Below are positions 1 to 9,457 of a stretch of 42,363 nucleotides of DNA, in pieces. The notes under the pieces are model-generated. The model saw only the letters and a list, made by a program, of their open reading frames with translations. It did not search any database and had not been told where the DNA came from. Within the stretch, counting starts at the first letter, position 1; each line of letters begins with the position of its first letter. A program made the translations under genes and the position numbers. The DNA comes from Acetivibrio sp. Its GTDB lineage: Bacteria; Bacillota; Clostridia; Lachnospirales; Lachnospiraceae. The stretch is taken from contig JBGSNZ010000012.1 in the NCBI GenBank assembly GCA_041739345.1, forward strand, positions 1-42,363. Direction: 5' to 3'.

Positions 1-135
1 CCCCCCTCAAGATAAGATTTCCCATAGCAAAAGCTAGTAAGACCCCTGAAAGACCATCAGGTAGATAGGGCAGAGGTGGAAGTGCAGTAATGCATGTAGC
101 TGACTGTTACTAATAGGTCGAGGGCTTGACCAAAT
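1..135 (+). rRNA. rrl: 23S ribosomal RNA, 3' terminal fragment (domain VI)
   Basis: Recognisable homology to the 3' end of bacterial 23S rRNA: ...GATAGG..GTGGAAGTGCAGTAATGCATGTAGCTGACTGTTACTAATAGGTCGAGGGCTTGACC parallels the E. coli 23S terminus ...GATAGGCCGGGTGTGTAAGCGCAGCGATGCGTTGAGCTAACCGGTACTAATGAACCGTGAGGCTTAACC. The window starts inside the gene. Confidence 0.7.
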
Positions 136-219
136 GGTTCAGTTTTAGAAAAAATGGATGATGTTCTTACAATGTGTAGTTTTGAAGGTATATCCTTCTT
201 AGAAGCGAAAGTTTCTTAA

Positions 220-293
220 GGCCTAGTGGCTCAGTTGGTTAGAGCGCCGCCCTGTCACGGCGGAGGTCGTCGGTTCGAGTCCGATCTGGGTCG
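220..293 (+). tRNA. tRNA-Asp (anticodon GTC)
   Basis: Cloverleaf readable by eye. Acceptor GGCCTAG/CTGGGTC (2 GU pairs), D-arm GCTCAGTTGGTTAGAGC, anticodon stem CCGCC/GGCGG with loop CTGTCAC, T-arm GTCGG-TTCGAGT-CCGAT. Confidence 0.8.
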
Positions 294-340
294 TTTAAAC
301 AAGATAGTTTAGAAGTCTTTATTATATAGAGATTACCCAT

Positions 341-413
341 GGGATCTTAGCTCAGCTGGGAGAGCATCTGCCTTACAAGCAGAGGGTCACAGGTTCGAGC
401 CCTGTAGGTCCCA
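341..413 (+). tRNA. tRNA-Val (anticodon TAC)
   Basis: Acceptor GGGATCT/AGGTCCC, D-arm GCTCAGCTGGGAGAGC, anticodon loop CTTACAA, T-arm ACAGG-TTCGAGC-CCTGT. Confidence 0.8.
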
Positions 414-418
414 TTGTT

Positions 419-491
<73 letters not shown>

Positions 492-533
492 TTTACTTAT
501 AATATAAGTAAAAAGCAATTTAAAAATTCAAAT

Positions 534-615
534 GGATGGATTCCCGAGTGGCCAAAGGGGGCAGACTGTAAATCTGTTAGCTGCGCTTTCGAAGGTTCGA
601 ATCCTTCTCCATCCA
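534..615 (+). tRNA. tRNA-Tyr (anticodon GTA), class II with long variable arm
   Basis: Acceptor GGATGGA/TCCATCC perfect, anticodon loop CTGTAAA, long variable arm (TTAGCTGCGCTTTCG), T-arm GAAGG-TTCGAAT-CCTTC. Confidence 0.8.
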
Positions 616-651
616 TTTCAACAAGTAAATTGTTGAGTTAATAATTATTGT

Positions 652-725
<74 letters not shown>

Positions 726-730
726 TTTTT

Positions 731-804
<74 letters not shown>

Positions 805-829
805 TTGTGTTGTCTAAATTGGAAACTAC

Positions 830-902
830 GGGATATTAGCTCAGTTGGTAGAGCACTTGACTTTTAATCAAGTTGTCCGGGGTTCGAACCCCCGATGTCT
901 CA
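830..902 (+). tRNA. tRNA-Lys (anticodon TTT)
   Basis: Acceptor GGGATAT/ATGTCTC (2 GU pairs), D-arm GCTCAGTTGGTAGAGC, anticodon stem CTTGA/TCAAG with loop CTTTTAA, T-arm CGGGG-TTCGAAC-CCCCG. Confidence 0.75.
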
Positions 903-914
903 CTATTGGAACAG

Positions 915-950
915 AAATATCAAAACTTTTAATGTTTTGATATTTTTTTT
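915..950 (+). terminator. rho-independent terminator closing the rRNA/tRNA operon
   Basis: 12-bp stem AAATATCAAAAC / GTTTTGATATTT around loop TTTTAAT, followed by a T8 run. Confidence 0.7.
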
Positions 951-1111
951 ATATAAAAAGAGGGAATAGGTAAATGAAAATTGCTGGTATATTTGAGGCC
1001 CAAGTGGATAAAAACACTGGACCTCATTTTTATTATTTCTTCGATTAAGATATTCATATAAATTCCATAATAAAAGTTATATTTTACATAATTGTGAGAT
1101 AGAGATGATCT

Positions 1112-1327
1112 CTATTTTTTGCCTTTATTTGTTTTTTTCAATAGACGTTCACAATAAGGTAAATATTTCATTACTGTAGTGTGATATTCTTTACACGCAG
1201 CACAATTTCCATGTCTATCACATTTTAAACGTTTGCATTGGCAGTCGGGTTTTATCGTTTCCATGGTGGCAATCGCCTTTTTTGTTTCAATAATTAGAAT
1301 GTCTTTTTGTATTGTTTCCATGAACAC
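1112..1327 (-). CDS. small cysteine-rich hypothetical protein (CxC-x4-C-x5-C-x2-C-x12-C), probably a metal-binding module
   Basis: 71-aa ORF directly downstream of, and co-oriented with, the alpha/beta hydrolase gene (23-bp gap). Seven cysteines in a regular spacing. No family recognised from memory. Confidence 0.4.
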   Translation of the reverse strand: MFMETIQKDILIIETKKAIATMETIKPDCQCKRLKCDRHGNCAACKEYHTTVMKYLPYCERLLKKTNKGKK

Positions 1328-1350
1328 ATTGCTTTACTAATAGTTTACGG

Positions 1351-2070
1351 TCAATAGTTAATTTTTTTATTAATCCACGTTTCGAAGTAATCCAATTGTT
1401 CTTCGGTATGAAAGTAGTGCTCGCCATGTTCCATTATTTCCAAATCAATATGAAACCTCTTTACGAAATTTGTGATAATATCAAATTCGCACAACTTATC
1501 GTCTGAACCGTATAAAATTGCAGTATCCATATTCCAGATATTGATTGGATGGGATATAACATAGCTATAATAATCCCAGTACAAAGTTTGACCAATCGGA
1601 GTTGCGATTTCTAGTTCATTCTTTAATTGTTCTTCTGTTATATTAAACCATGTCATCATATTGTGTATGATACGATCCATATTTACAACAGGAGATAAAA
1701 AAAGCACTTGTTCAATAGATTCCAAAGAGAAGCTAAGCATACTAAAATATGCACCCATACTACAAGCAAATAAACTAATGTGATTATAAAAAGATTTTGC
1801 GTATGCCATAATACATTCTAGGTCTTTTACGCAGTTTTGCACTTTGCAAAGATATGGTTCGTCTTTTCGCTCTCCGTGTTCTGGTAAATCAAAGCTTAAA
1901 ACTTGATAGCCATGCTTTGTAGCATTCTCAGCAAAAACAGTTATTACATCGTCTTCTTTGTTTGATTCATTACCATGAATTGCGATAAATAGATGATCGG
2001 AAGCATCTCCCCATAGAATTGAGGGAATATTATTAATTTTAAATCGTTTCGTATTCATTATATCCTCCAT
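1351..2070 (-). CDS. alpha/beta-fold hydrolase
   Basis: 239 aa. HG oxyanion-hole motif (IAIHGNESN), nucleophile elbow FACSMGAY (GxSxG-like), C-terminal acid/His pair (GSDDK ... MEHGEHY). Typical serine-hydrolase architecture. Confidence 0.6.
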   Translation of the reverse strand: MEDIMNTKRFKINNIPSILWGDASDHLFIAIHGNESNKEDDVITVFAENATKHGYQVLSFDLPEHGERKDEPYLCKVQNCVKDLECIMAYAKSFYNHISLFACSMGAYFSMLSFSLESIEQVLFLSPVVNMDRIIHNMMTWFNITEEQLKNELEIATPIGQTLYWDYYSYVISHPINIWNMDTAILYGSDDKLCEFDIITNFVKRFHIDLEIMEHGEHYFHTEEQLDYFETWINKKINY

Positions 2071-2287
2071 ATAAATTTAAGTAATAATTTTGTGGCTGAA
2101 AGTTGAAATAGGATACAATAATAATATATAGAAAAAATCTTAGTTATTATTTGTATTAGATTTGCTAGTAGCCAAATTGTACTTGTAGTATACCATAAGA
2201 ATAATTGATTAACAATGTATGGAAAATCTCATATAAATATTAGAAATGTGGTACAATCAAGCTAATAAATAGGCAGGAGATGATATT

Positions 2288-3136
2288 GTGAGTACTATAT
2301 TGGAACAGACCATTCAAACAATAGAAGAAAGCAAAAATTTGGTTTTCTTTGGTGGTGCAGGTGTTTCCACAGAGAGTGGAATTCCTGATTTTAGAAGCGT
2401 AGATGGTGTATATAATCAAAGTTACAGATATCCGCCAGAAACAATTTTGAGTCAGAGCTTTTTTAAAAAGAATAAAGAAGAATTTTATCAATTCTACTGG
2501 GATAAAATAATATGTACTAGCGCTAAACCTAATATTACACACTGTAAACTTGCTGAACTCGAAGAAGTAGGGAAGCTAAGCGCAATTATTACCCAAAATA
2601 TTGATGGATTGCATCAGTTGGCAGGGAGTAAAAAGGTATTAGAATTGCATGGATCGGTGCATCGTAATTTTTGCATTTCTTGTGGAAAGCCGTATTCATT
2701 AGAGAAACTTTTATGTAATAAAGAACTTTTAAATAATAAGGAATTTGCAATTGGAAAAGAACTTTTAAATAGCAATGAATACCTTGAAAATAAGAAATTG
2801 TCAGAGAATCATATTGCAGACAATGAGGTATGTGTACCGCATTGCGATTGTGGTGGTGTCATAAAACCGGATGTAGTTTTATATGAAGAGGGACTTGATG
2901 AGAAAGTCATCCATCAGTCAATTCAATATATATCAGAAGCGGATACGCTGATTATTGGGGGAACTTCGCTTTCGGTTTATCCAGCAGCAGGATTTATTCG
3001 GTATTTTAATGGTAAACATCTTATATTAATCAACAAAACGGAAACATCTTTTGACAAGCATGCAGATTTAGTGATTCATTGTGGATTGGGGGAGGTATTT
3101 TCTAGGGTAATGGTGGATAAACTAGGTTCTATATAA
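2288..3136 (+). CDS. cobB: NAD-dependent protein deacylase, sirtuin (Sir2/CobB family)
   Basis: Canonical sirtuin Rossmann motif GAGVSTESGIPDFR, QNIDGLH, Zn ribbon CxxC...CxxC (CISCG ... CVPHCDCGG), HG catalytic His. GTG start 7 nt after AGGAGA. Confidence 0.85.
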   Translation: MSTILEQTIQTIEESKNLVFFGGAGVSTESGIPDFRSVDGVYNQSYRYPPETILSQSFFKKNKEEFYQFYWDKIICTSAKPNITHCKLAELEEVGKLSAIITQNIDGLHQLAGSKKVLELHGSVHRNFCISCGKPYSLEKLLCNKELLNNKEFAIGKELLNSNEYLENKKLSENHIADNEVCVPHCDCGGVIKPDVVLYEEGLDEKVIHQSIQYISEADTLIIGGTSLSVYPAAGFIRYFNGKHLILINKTETSFDKHADLVIHCGLGEVFSRVMVDKLGSI

Positions 3137-3499
3137 TGTTTACGAAAGAAAAAAAAGAATAATTAAAAACGGTTTAAATGAGAATAAAAATGGTCAAACG
3201 AGAATACAAAATGGAGTTAACAAAGAGTATAAGTTCTACTTATGAGATAGTGAAGCGAAATAAATAAAAAGATAATGAGGGATTTAATTAATAATTGTGC
3301 AATCTATATGAATAAATAATCATTTAATTAAAAAACTTGATAGAGGATAGTTAAGTATTTATGCAAGAAATTTTGTATCGTGAAAAAAGATTTTGTAGTT
3401 TTTGAAAAAGTATTGAATAAAAATACAGCGTGTGCTAAAATCATAAAAATTTGTAAAAAGTTATTTGTTTATATGGTAAACAGAAAGGGGCAGATACAG

Positions 3500-4570
3500 A
3501 TGAAAGCATTTTTAATTTTAGAAGATGGCACCTCGTTTAGTGGAAACAGTATTGGGTCGACGCAGGATGCTATTTGTGAAATTGTTTTTAATACCTCGAT
3601 GACGGGATATCTTGAAATTCTAACCGATCCGTCGTATGCAGGACAAGCAGTTGTTATGACGTATCCACTTATTGGTAATTATGGTATTTGCCTTGAGGAT
3701 ATGGAATCTTTAAAACCTTGGCCGGAAGGCTTTATCGTCGGTGAACTATCTCGTATTTCTAGCAATTTTCGTAGTGAAATGTCTATTCAATCATTCTTAG
3801 AAAAAAATCTTATCCCTGGAATCAGTGGAATTGATACCCGTGCATTAACTAAAATTTTAAGAGAAAAAGGTACCATGAAAGGTATGATTACAACCAAGGA
3901 AGGTTTAAGCATAGAAGATGCCTTGGCTGAAATTAAAAATCATACTGCTAAGCAGGTAGTAGATGAAGTAACTTCAAAAGAAAAAGTTAGCATTAAAGGT
4001 GACGGCTTTAAAGTTGCAGTTCTTGACTTTGGTGCAAAATTGAATATTATTAACTCACTTATTAAAAGAGGATGTCAGGTGGAAATTTATCCGGCGCATA
4101 CAAAAGCTGAAGAGATTTTACGTGATAAACCAGATGGAATCATGCTTACAAATGGTCCTGGTGATCCAAAGAATTGTAAAGATATCATAGCGGAAGTTGG
4201 TAAATTATATGAAAGCAATGTCCCAATCTTTGCAATTTGCTTAGGACATCAGCTAATGGCACTTGCAACCGGAGCGGATACTAGAAAAATGAAATATGGG
4301 CACCGCGGAGCGAATCATCCGGTAAAAGACATGATGACAGGAAAAGTATATTTATCCTCTCAAAATCATGGATATGTTGTGAAAGACGGAACACTAAATG
4401 AATCAATTGCAGTTGCGAGCTTTATAAATGTAAACGATGGTTCAAATGAAGGTTTAGAATATGTGGGTAAGAAAATATATACAGTACAATTTCATCCAGA
4501 AGCCTGCCCGGGACCTGAAGATACCGGATTTTTATTTGACCGTTTTATAAACGAGATGAAGGGAGAATAA
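3500..4570 (+). CDS. carA: carbamoyl-phosphate synthase small (glutamine amidotransferase) subunit
   Basis: CarA N-domain plus class-I GATase catalytic triad context (ICLGHQLMALATGA ... FHPE). The start is taken at ATG 3500 (RBS AAAGGGG 9 nt upstream), not the ORF-track start 3380, which adds 40 non-conserved residues. Confidence 0.9.
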   Translation: MKAFLILEDGTSFSGNSIGSTQDAICEIVFNTSMTGYLEILTDPSYAGQAVVMTYPLIGNYGICLEDMESLKPWPEGFIVGELSRISSNFRSEMSIQSFLEKNLIPGISGIDTRALTKILREKGTMKGMITTKEGLSIEDALAEIKNHTAKQVVDEVTSKEKVSIKGDGFKVAVLDFGAKLNIINSLIKRGCQVEIYPAHTKAEEILRDKPDGIMLTNGPGDPKNCKDIIAEVGKLYESNVPIFAICLGHQLMALATGADTRKMKYGHRGANHPVKDMMTGKVYLSSQNHGYVVKDGTLNESIAVASFINVNDGSNEGLEYVGKKIYTVQFHPEACPGPEDTGFLFDRFINEMKGE

Positions 4571-4574
4571 GTAT

Positions 4575-7500
4575 ATGCCAAAAAATCCAAAGATTCAAAA
4601 GGTATTAGTAATTGGTTCGGGACCTATTGTAATCGGTCAAGCAGCTGAGTTTGACTATGCTGGAACACAGGCTTGCCGTTCGTTAAAGGAAGAAGGCATT
4701 GAAGTAGTATTAGTTAATTCCAATCCAGCAACCATTATGACGGATAGGGACATAGCAGATAAAGTATATATAGAACCATTAACCATAAGTATGCTAAAGA
4801 AAATAATTCAACTTGAAAAGCCCGATAGCATCTTACCAACTCTTGGTGGTCAAGCTGCACTTAATCTCGCAATGGAACTTGCAGAATGCGGCTTTTTGGT
4901 CGAGGTAGGAACTTCACTTATTGGGACGACAACTGAAACAATTAAGAAAGCAGAAGATCGTTTAGAATTCAAAAATGCAATGGAAAAATTGGGAGAGCCT
5001 TGTGCACCGTCATTAGTAGTAGAAAACATAGAAGACGGTGTTAGATTTGCAAAGGAAATTGGTTATCCAATTGTTCTGCGTCCTGCCTATACACTTGGAG
5101 GAAGCGGTGGCGGTATTGCTTCAAATGAAGAAGAACTAGTTGAAATTCTTACCAATGGTCTGCGTTTAAGTCGTGTCGGACAGGTATTGGTGGAACGATG
5201 TATTTCAGGTTGGAAAGAAGTCGAATACGAAGTAATGCGCGATGCAAACGGAACTTGCATTATGGTTTGTAACATGGAAAATTTAGATCCCGTAGGAGTA
5301 CATACGGGTGACAGTATTGTCGTTGCACCAAGTCAGACATTAAGTGACAAAGAGTATCAAATGCTTCGAAGTTCATCCTTTCGTATTATAACAGAACTTA
5401 ATATAACGGGAGGATGTAATGTACAGTATGCGTTACATCCATCTAGCTTTGAATATTGTGTAATCGAAGTAAATCCGCGTGTGAGTAGATCTTCCGCTCT
5501 TGCATCCAAAGCGACAGGGTATCCGATTGCAAAGGTTGCAGCAAAGATTGCGCTTGGATATCATCTGGATGAAATAAAAAATGCAATTACGCAAAAAACG
5601 TATGCAAGCTTTGAACCTGCCCTTGATTATTGTGTTGTAAAAATGCCACGACTTCCTTTTGATAAATTCAAAGGAGCAAAAAGAACGTTAACTACCCAGA
5701 TGAAGGCAACGGGAGAGGTAATGAGTATCTGCCGTAATTTTGAAGGGGCCTTGATGAAGGCAATCCGTTCCTTAGAACAAAATGTAGATAGTTTACTATC
5801 GTATGATTTTTCTGATTTTACGAAAGAAGAACTAATTGATAAGTTAAAATGTATTGACGACCAAAGGATTTATGCGATCTCTGAAGCGATTCGCCAAGGA
5901 TTATCCTATGATGAAATTTATGATTATACAAAGATAGACATCTGGTTTATTGATAAAATTGCAATATTGGTAGAAATGGAGCAAATGCTGCAAACACAGG
6001 AACTATCCAAAGAGCTTCTAATGGAAGCAAAACGTATTGAATTTCCAGATACGGTAATTGCAAGATTAACAAATAAAGAAGAAATAGAAATTAAAGAGCT
6101 TCGTAATCAATGGAATATTCAGGCTGCCTTTAAGATTGTAGATACGTGTGCAGCCGAATTTGAAGCGGAGACACCATATTACTATTCTGTTTTTGGAGGA
6201 GAATCTGAAGTTAAATTCACCTCAAACAAGAAAAAAGTATTGGTGCTAGGTTCTGGTCCGATTCGAATTGGACAGGGAATTGAATTTGATTATTGTAGCG
6301 TTCACAGTACCTGGGCATTTAAAGAATCAGGCTATGAAACCATCATTGTTAATAACAATCCAGAAACGGTTAGTACAGATTTTGATATTGCGGATAAATT
6401 GTACTTTGAACCACTGACACCAGAAGATGTAGAAAATATTGTGGCAGTGGAAAAACCAGATGGTGCAGTGGTACAATTTGGCGGACAGACAGCAATTAAA
6501 TTGACAAAAGATTTGATAAAGATGGGCGTACCAATACTTGGTACAAAGGCAGAGGATGTGGATGCTGCAGAAGACAGAGAACGCTTTGATCAGATTCTAG
6601 AAGAATGCAAGATACCACGCCCAGAAGGGAAAACTGTATTTACAGTAGAAGAAGCAATCAAGGCGGCCAATGAACTTGGATATCCAGTATTGGTAAGACC
6701 TTCCTATGTGCTTGGTGGCCAGGGCATGCGAATTGCAATTAATGATACCGATATTGAAAAATATATTAATTACATTAATGAGATCGCACAGGAACACCCG
6801 ATTTTAGTAGATAAATATCTCGTTGGTAAAGAAATTGAAATCGATGCAATCTGCGATGGTAAAGATATTCTAATTCCAGGTATTATGGAACATATTGAAC
6901 GTGCAGGTGTACATTCTGGAGACAGCATTTCAGTATATCCATGTCAGACACTATCAAAAGGCGTGCAAGATACAATTGTTGAGTACACAAAACGTCTTGC
7001 CCATTCGCTTCATGTACTTGGTATGATTAATATACAGTTTATTGTATGCGGGGAAGATGTTTATATCATAGAAGTAAATCCACGTTCCAGTCGTACGGTA
7101 CCTTATATCAGCAAGGTTACCGGTATTCCAATCGTAAAGTTAGCAACAAAAGTAATGTTAGGTGAAACGATAAAAGGAATGGGATACGAACCAGGATTGC
7201 AGCCAAAAGGAGCGTATATTGCTGTAAAACTTCCAGTGTTTTCCTCCGAAAAGATCCGAGGCGCTGAGATTAGCCTAGGACCAGAGATGAAATCAACAGG
7301 AGAGTGTCTTGGCATTGCAAAAGAGTTTCTTGATGCGCTTTACAAAGCATTTCGTGGTGCCGGAATGGGAAAACCAAAATATAAGAAGATGCTGCTTTCC
7401 GTAAAAAAGGCAGATCGGGAAGAAGCATTAACGATTGCAGAACGCTTTACGAAGCTTGGCTATACTATTTATGCAACTCCTGGTACCGGTCGTTTTCTAA

Positions 7501-7769
7501 AGGAACATGGTGTTGAAATAGAAATTGTAAATAAATTAGGTCAGCCATCTCCAAATTTTATGGATGCTATCTTAAGTCACGAAATTGACTTGGTTATCGA
7601 TACACCAACACAGGGAGATGAAAAAGGTAGTGATGGATTTTTAATACGCCGAAATGCCATTGAAACGGGTATTATTTGTCTTACCTCTCTGGATACCGCT
7701 AATGCATATCTAACTTGCTTAGAAGATACAATGCGCGATTTAGAACCGATCGATATTTCAAATATATAG
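4575..7769 (+). CDS. carB: carbamoyl-phosphate synthase large subunit
   Basis: 1064 aa. Duplicated ATP-grasp halves (VIGSGPIVIGQAAEFDYAG ... VLGSGPIRIGQGIEFDY), oligomerisation and MGS-like C-terminal domains. The start is 4 nt after the carA stop. Confidence 0.95.
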   Translation: MPKNPKIQKVLVIGSGPIVIGQAAEFDYAGTQACRSLKEEGIEVVLVNSNPATIMTDRDIADKVYIEPLTISMLKKIIQLEKPDSILPTLGGQAALNLAMELAECGFLVEVGTSLIGTTTETIKKAEDRLEFKNAMEKLGEPCAPSLVVENIEDGVRFAKEIGYPIVLRPAYTLGGSGGGIASNEEELVEILTNGLRLSRVGQVLVERCISGWKEVEYEVMRDANGTCIMVCNMENLDPVGVHTGDSIVVAPSQTLSDKEYQMLRSSSFRIITELNITGGCNVQYALHPSSFEYCVIEVNPRVSRSSALASKATGYPIAKVAAKIALGYHLDEIKNAITQKTYASFEPALDYCVVKMPRLPFDKFKGAKRTLTTQMKATGEVMSICRNFEGALMKAIRSLEQNVDSLLSYDFSDFTKEELIDKLKCIDDQRIYAISEAIRQGLSYDEIYDYTKIDIWFIDKIAILVEMEQMLQTQELSKELLMEAKRIEFPDTVIARLTNKEEIEIKELRNQWNIQAAFKIVDTCAAEFEAETPYYYSVFGGESEVKFTSNKKKVLVLGSGPIRIGQGIEFDYCSVHSTWAFKESGYETIIVNNNPETVSTDFDIADKLYFEPLTPEDVENIVAVEKPDGAVVQFGGQTAIKLTKDLIKMGVPILGTKAEDVDAAEDRERFDQILEECKIPRPEGKTVFTVEEAIKAANELGYPVLVRPSYVLGGQGMRIAINDTDIEKYINYINEIAQEHPILVDKYLVGKEIEIDAICDGKDILIPGIMEHIERAGVHSGDSISVYPCQTLSKGVQDTIVEYTKRLAHSLHVLGMINIQFIVCGEDVYIIEVNPRSSRTVPYISKVTGIPIVKLATKVMLGETIKGMGYEPGLQPKGAYIAVKLPVFSSEKIRGAEISLGPEMKSTGECLGIAKEFLDALYKAFRGAGMGKPKYKKMLLSVKKADREEALTIAERFTKLGYTIYATPGTGRFLKEHGVEIEIVNKLGQPSPNFMDAILSHEIDLVIDTPTQGDEKGSDGFLIRRNAIETGIICLTSLDTANAYLTCLEDTMRDLEPIDISNI

Positions 7770-7804
7770 TAGTTGCATTTACAGTTGAACGAAATAATAG
7801 AAAT

Positions 7805-7850
7805 GGTCCTGGCACTCACTTAAAAGAATGCCAGGACCGTTTTGGGTTTA
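7805..7850 (+). terminator. rho-independent terminator after carB
   Basis: Stem GGTCCTGGCA / TGCCAGGACC (10 bp) followed by GTTTTGGGTTT. Confidence 0.7.
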
Positions 7851-8035
7851 TAATGCTTGTCGGTATTGAGCGTACGTTCTAACTAAGGTATAATGAATAA
7901 AACAATCTTTTGGAGTATAATATTAGAAAGTAATATTAAAAATAGAAAGTAAAAGTACAAAGTAAAAAAGAAGGAAATATAAAAGTTAGACTAAAAATCA
8001 TAGAATAATAAAAACAATTAAATCGAGGATTTGGA

Positions 8036-8770
8036 ATGGATCAGAAGTTATTTGAAGCAGCCTGCGAAAAAATTATAGACAAAGACAGAGAACGAAAGCA
8101 GATTGGTGTACTTGCAGAAAAGACCGTTCATGCTGTTCTTAAAAATTACATGGAACCAAATACAAAGTATCATGAAATTCGAATTGAGGGATATTATGCT
8201 GATATAGCAAGAGAGGACGAAATCATAGAAATCCAGACTCGAAACTTTAATACACTTCGAAGAAAGTTGGATGTTTTTTTAGCGCGTGGTTTTGTTACTG
8301 TGGTTTACCCCATTCCTTATATAAAGTGGATGAGCTGGTTAAATGAAGAGACAGGCGAAATTACCAATCGTAGAAAGTCACCGAAAAAAGGTAGTCCCTA
8401 TATGGCTTTTTTTGAGCTATATAAAATCAAAGAATATTTAACTCATCCCAATCTGCGAATTCACATTATTTTGATGAATCTGGAGGAAACGAGGATCCTA
8501 AATGGTTGGAGCTATGATAAAAAGCGTGGTTCTACACGATATGACCGCATTCCGCTAGAGCTAGTCGACGAGATTTATATTGATAGCACAAAAGATTATC
8601 AAAAATTGGTTCCTAAAACACTAGAGAGCGGCTTTTCTTCCAAGGACTATCAAAAAGAGACAAAGCTAACACAGCCAAAGGCACAGACGGCTCTTAATGT
8701 GCTAAATTATGTGGGAGCGGTAGAACGCATTGGTAAAAAAGGAAATTCATTTTTGTATGAAGTGAAATAA
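8036..8770 (+). CDS. hypothetical protein with PD-(D/E)xK-like nuclease core (..YADIA..EIIEIQTR..) and C-terminal wHTH-like tail
   Basis: 244 aa. A D...E-x-Q/K motif arrangement resembling YraN/Mrr-type restriction-endonuclease folds. A basic C-terminus follows (..NVLNYVGAVERIGKKGNSFLY). Family assignment is not certain. Confidence 0.5.
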   Translation: MDQKLFEAACEKIIDKDRERKQIGVLAEKTVHAVLKNYMEPNTKYHEIRIEGYYADIAREDEIIEIQTRNFNTLRRKLDVFLARGFVTVVYPIPYIKWMSWLNEETGEITNRRKSPKKGSPYMAFFELYKIKEYLTHPNLRIHIILMNLEETRILNGWSYDKKRGSTRYDRIPLELVDEIYIDSTKDYQKLVPKTLESGFSSKDYQKETKLTQPKAQTALNVLNYVGAVERIGKKGNSFLYEVK

Positions 8771-8800
8771 TGATTCATACAAAAGAGGAGAAAAAGTATA

Positions 8801-9334
8801 TTAAGAGAGTATAGTATAACGATTTTCAAGTTTTGATTTTAACAAAGAAATAATTTCGTCATATTGTTCTATGGCAATGTCTTTTTTTCTCACAGGTGAG
8901 GCCAAGGTTTTGTCAAAATAAAGAATTAGGTATTCTGCGGTTTCGTATATTTCATGAAAGCTTAAATAGTCTGTTTTGGTTTCTCCATCGGACATGCGGT
9001 TGCTTGCAGTTAAATAGGTACCATAAAGGTGTATCGTTTGCTCTTTTTTGAAGGAAGATTTCGTATCAGTTGGAAAGAGTTTTGTTACTTGGCGTTCTAG
9101 TTTTAGAAATAAAAAGCTTAATGAAATAAAAGCGACGATTAAAAAGATAGAGATAATTTTAATTGGATTGGTTTGATTTAAAAGGAAGCTAAAAATAAAA
9201 GTTCCTATCAATGATAATACAATCAAAGAAAACATTGTTTGATAGGATTTGCGAAAGGTTATAAAATATAGGTATTTTTTATAGTCATCTTTTTCCATTT
9301 TGGTTGTAATCTGAAATAATTCATGTTCGTCCAT
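8801..9334 (-). CDS. YcxB-like membrane protein (two TM helices plus bPH-like domain)
   Basis: 177 aa, two adjacent hydrophobic helices (MFSLIVLSLIGTFIFSFLL / IISIFLIVAFISLSFLFL) followed by a soluble domain. The architecture is typical of the YcxB family. Confidence 0.5.
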   Translation of the reverse strand: MDEHELFQITTKMEKDDYKKYLYFITFRKSYQTMFSLIVLSLIGTFIFSFLLNQTNPIKIISIFLIVAFISLSFLFLKLERQVTKLFPTDTKSSFKKEQTIHLYGTYLTASNRMSDGETKTDYLSFHEIYETAEYLILYFDKTLASPVRKKDIAIEQYDEIISLLKSKLENRYTILS

Positions 9335-9457
9335 AAAGTTTCCTCACAGCGTTTTTTGTTTGCTTGCAATCTATTAAGTCATATTATACACTATAGAAAC
9401 AAGGATTAAAATAGAGGAATCAAACTTAACAGTTGATTTTAAATAAAGGATTTAACT

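Noticed and set aside
2240-2542. 100-aa minus-strand ORF overlapping the cobB start
   Set aside because: It is antisense to the conserved sirtuin N-terminus, and its product has low-complexity hydrophobic composition.
3380-3499. ORF-track N-terminal extension of carA (MKKDFVVF...)
   Set aside because: The extension is not conserved in CarA. It is AT-rich intergenic-like sequence, and a good RBS precedes the ATG at 3500.
5087-7819. Antisense ORFs inside carB (5087..5275, 6597..6797, 7103..7315, 7577..7819)
   Set aside because: They are fully embedded in a well-supported 1064-aa coding region on the opposite strand and have no signals of their own.
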